Assembly (NCBI GenBank): GCA_043798915.1
Contig: JAZDOG010000012.1
Coordinates: forward strand, 1-50,319
From: Pseudomonadota bacterium
GTDB taxonomy: Bacteria > UBA10199 > 2-02-FULL-44-16 > JAAZCA01
DNA: 50,319 bases
Direction: 5' to 3'
Made by a program: the position numbers and the translations under genes
In this document: positions 49,596 through 50,319 of the stretch, in pieces
How positions within the stretch are numbered: the first letter of the stretch is position 1
Layout: each line of letters begins with the position of its first letter
The notes under the pieces: model-generated
Seen by the model: only the letters and a program-made list of their open reading frames with translations
Told to the model about the DNA's origin: nothing
Database searches by the model: none

Positions 49596-50210
49596 ATGAG
49601 TAAGCATCTCTGCCCTGAGAAAGGTCAGAAAAAAATTAAAGTGTTGGGTGATTATAAAAAGGTTGGGTCAAAATTTATTCCGCCGTTTTCTCATCAGCTC
49701 GGGCCAATAAAGGGTTCAAGTTATGGACGCCAAACCTTACCAGAATTGATTTGGTGGGATGTTATCATAGATAAAAAATCACATAAGTTTGCAGTGGATT
49801 TGGCGGCTGCCATAGCAACTCATTTCAAGGAGCGTAATAAAACACATGTGTGGTGGGGGTTCACATCCGAATATTACCAATTAAACAATTCGGAATTTGA
49901 CGATCTTAAAACATATTTGCACGAACGCCGCATGTTATTACCGCTACAAGATGCCGCCGCAGATTTCTTGGAATTGTATCCAGAATGCCCCCTTGCAAGA
50001 ATTCTTGATTCTCATCCATCCGGTGCCATTGATATAGCCTATTTATCCCGATTTGAGAAGCGAATGGCTGAGGCTGAGGACAAACGTTCACGTGCTGGAG
50101 TCCTAATCCAAAGCCAAGTCGTCTATATGGGATTTGTTATAGGGAAATTACATGTCAAAGAAGGGTTGGGCCTAGCTAATTTAGTGCCCGTCGGGAAACT
50201 CAGGCCGTGA
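49596..50210 (+). CDS. Hypothetical AT-rich protein, probably 3'-interrupted
   Basis: 204-aa ORF whose last codons run into an IS-like terminal sequence at 50184. Confidence 0.55.
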   Translation: MSKHLCPEKGQKKIKVLGDYKKVGSKFIPPFSHQLGPIKGSSYGRQTLPELIWWDVIIDKKSHKFAVDLAAAIATHFKERNKTHVWWGFTSEYYQLNNSEFDDLKTYLHERRMLLPLQDAAADFLELYPECPLARILDSHPSGAIDIAYLSRFEKRMAEAEDKRSRAGVLIQSQVVYMGFVIGKLHVKEGLGLANLVPVGKLRP

Positions 50211-50319
50211 AAACCAGCACGTCACGGCGCGTATTTTCATTTCCTGGCACGGTTGCCTCTGGCTTGCATATCTGATTTTCCCGCCTCCACTGTTTCTTTC
50301 TCTGCATTTTCTTCATGTC
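50184..50319. mobile_element. Possible IS5/IS1182-like insertion sequence end
   Basis: TTA|GTGCCCGTCGGGAAACTC resembles IS5/IS1182 terminal IRs; composition shifts here; transposase not in window. Confidence 0.35.

Overview
50-kb window from a GC-rich bacterium. The gene content (rpoD, hcp, por cluster, DUF362) suggests an anaerobic deltaproteobacterium-like host; this is inference. Positions 1-38.9 kb are mostly core genes: thiL, two CNNM/CBS proteins, larC, rlmD-like, rpsU-dnaG-rpoD, VKOR-DsbA, add, a 2-oxoacid:acceptor oxidoreductase cluster, a CDF transporter, signalling proteins, splB-like, parB-like, tadA, two tRNA-Ser and hcp. Several small accessory patches interrupt them: an AAA ATPase + TOPRIM-like (DUF4276-like) pair followed by co-varying 37-bp repeats; two signal-less hydrolase-like genes, one a metalloprotease with an apparently C-terminal propeptide; a repeat/hairpin-rich ~1-kb intergenic region before an AT-rich acyltransferase; and a standalone ATPase behind tRNA-Ser(CGA). 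From tRNA-Ser(GGA) (38895-38982) to the window end lies an integrated element. Its large serine recombinase reads antisense through the whole tRNA. It has a compact backbone resembling CPR-type elements (SpoVG-like, small helical protein, P-loop ATPase, Zn-finger protein) and defence cargo: an AbiE-like type IV TA pair and a three-gene RM-like system with two complementary MTase-fold proteins plus a GIY-YIG/helicase. The last ORF is probably cut by an IS end. All calls come from reading motifs by eye; no searches were run.
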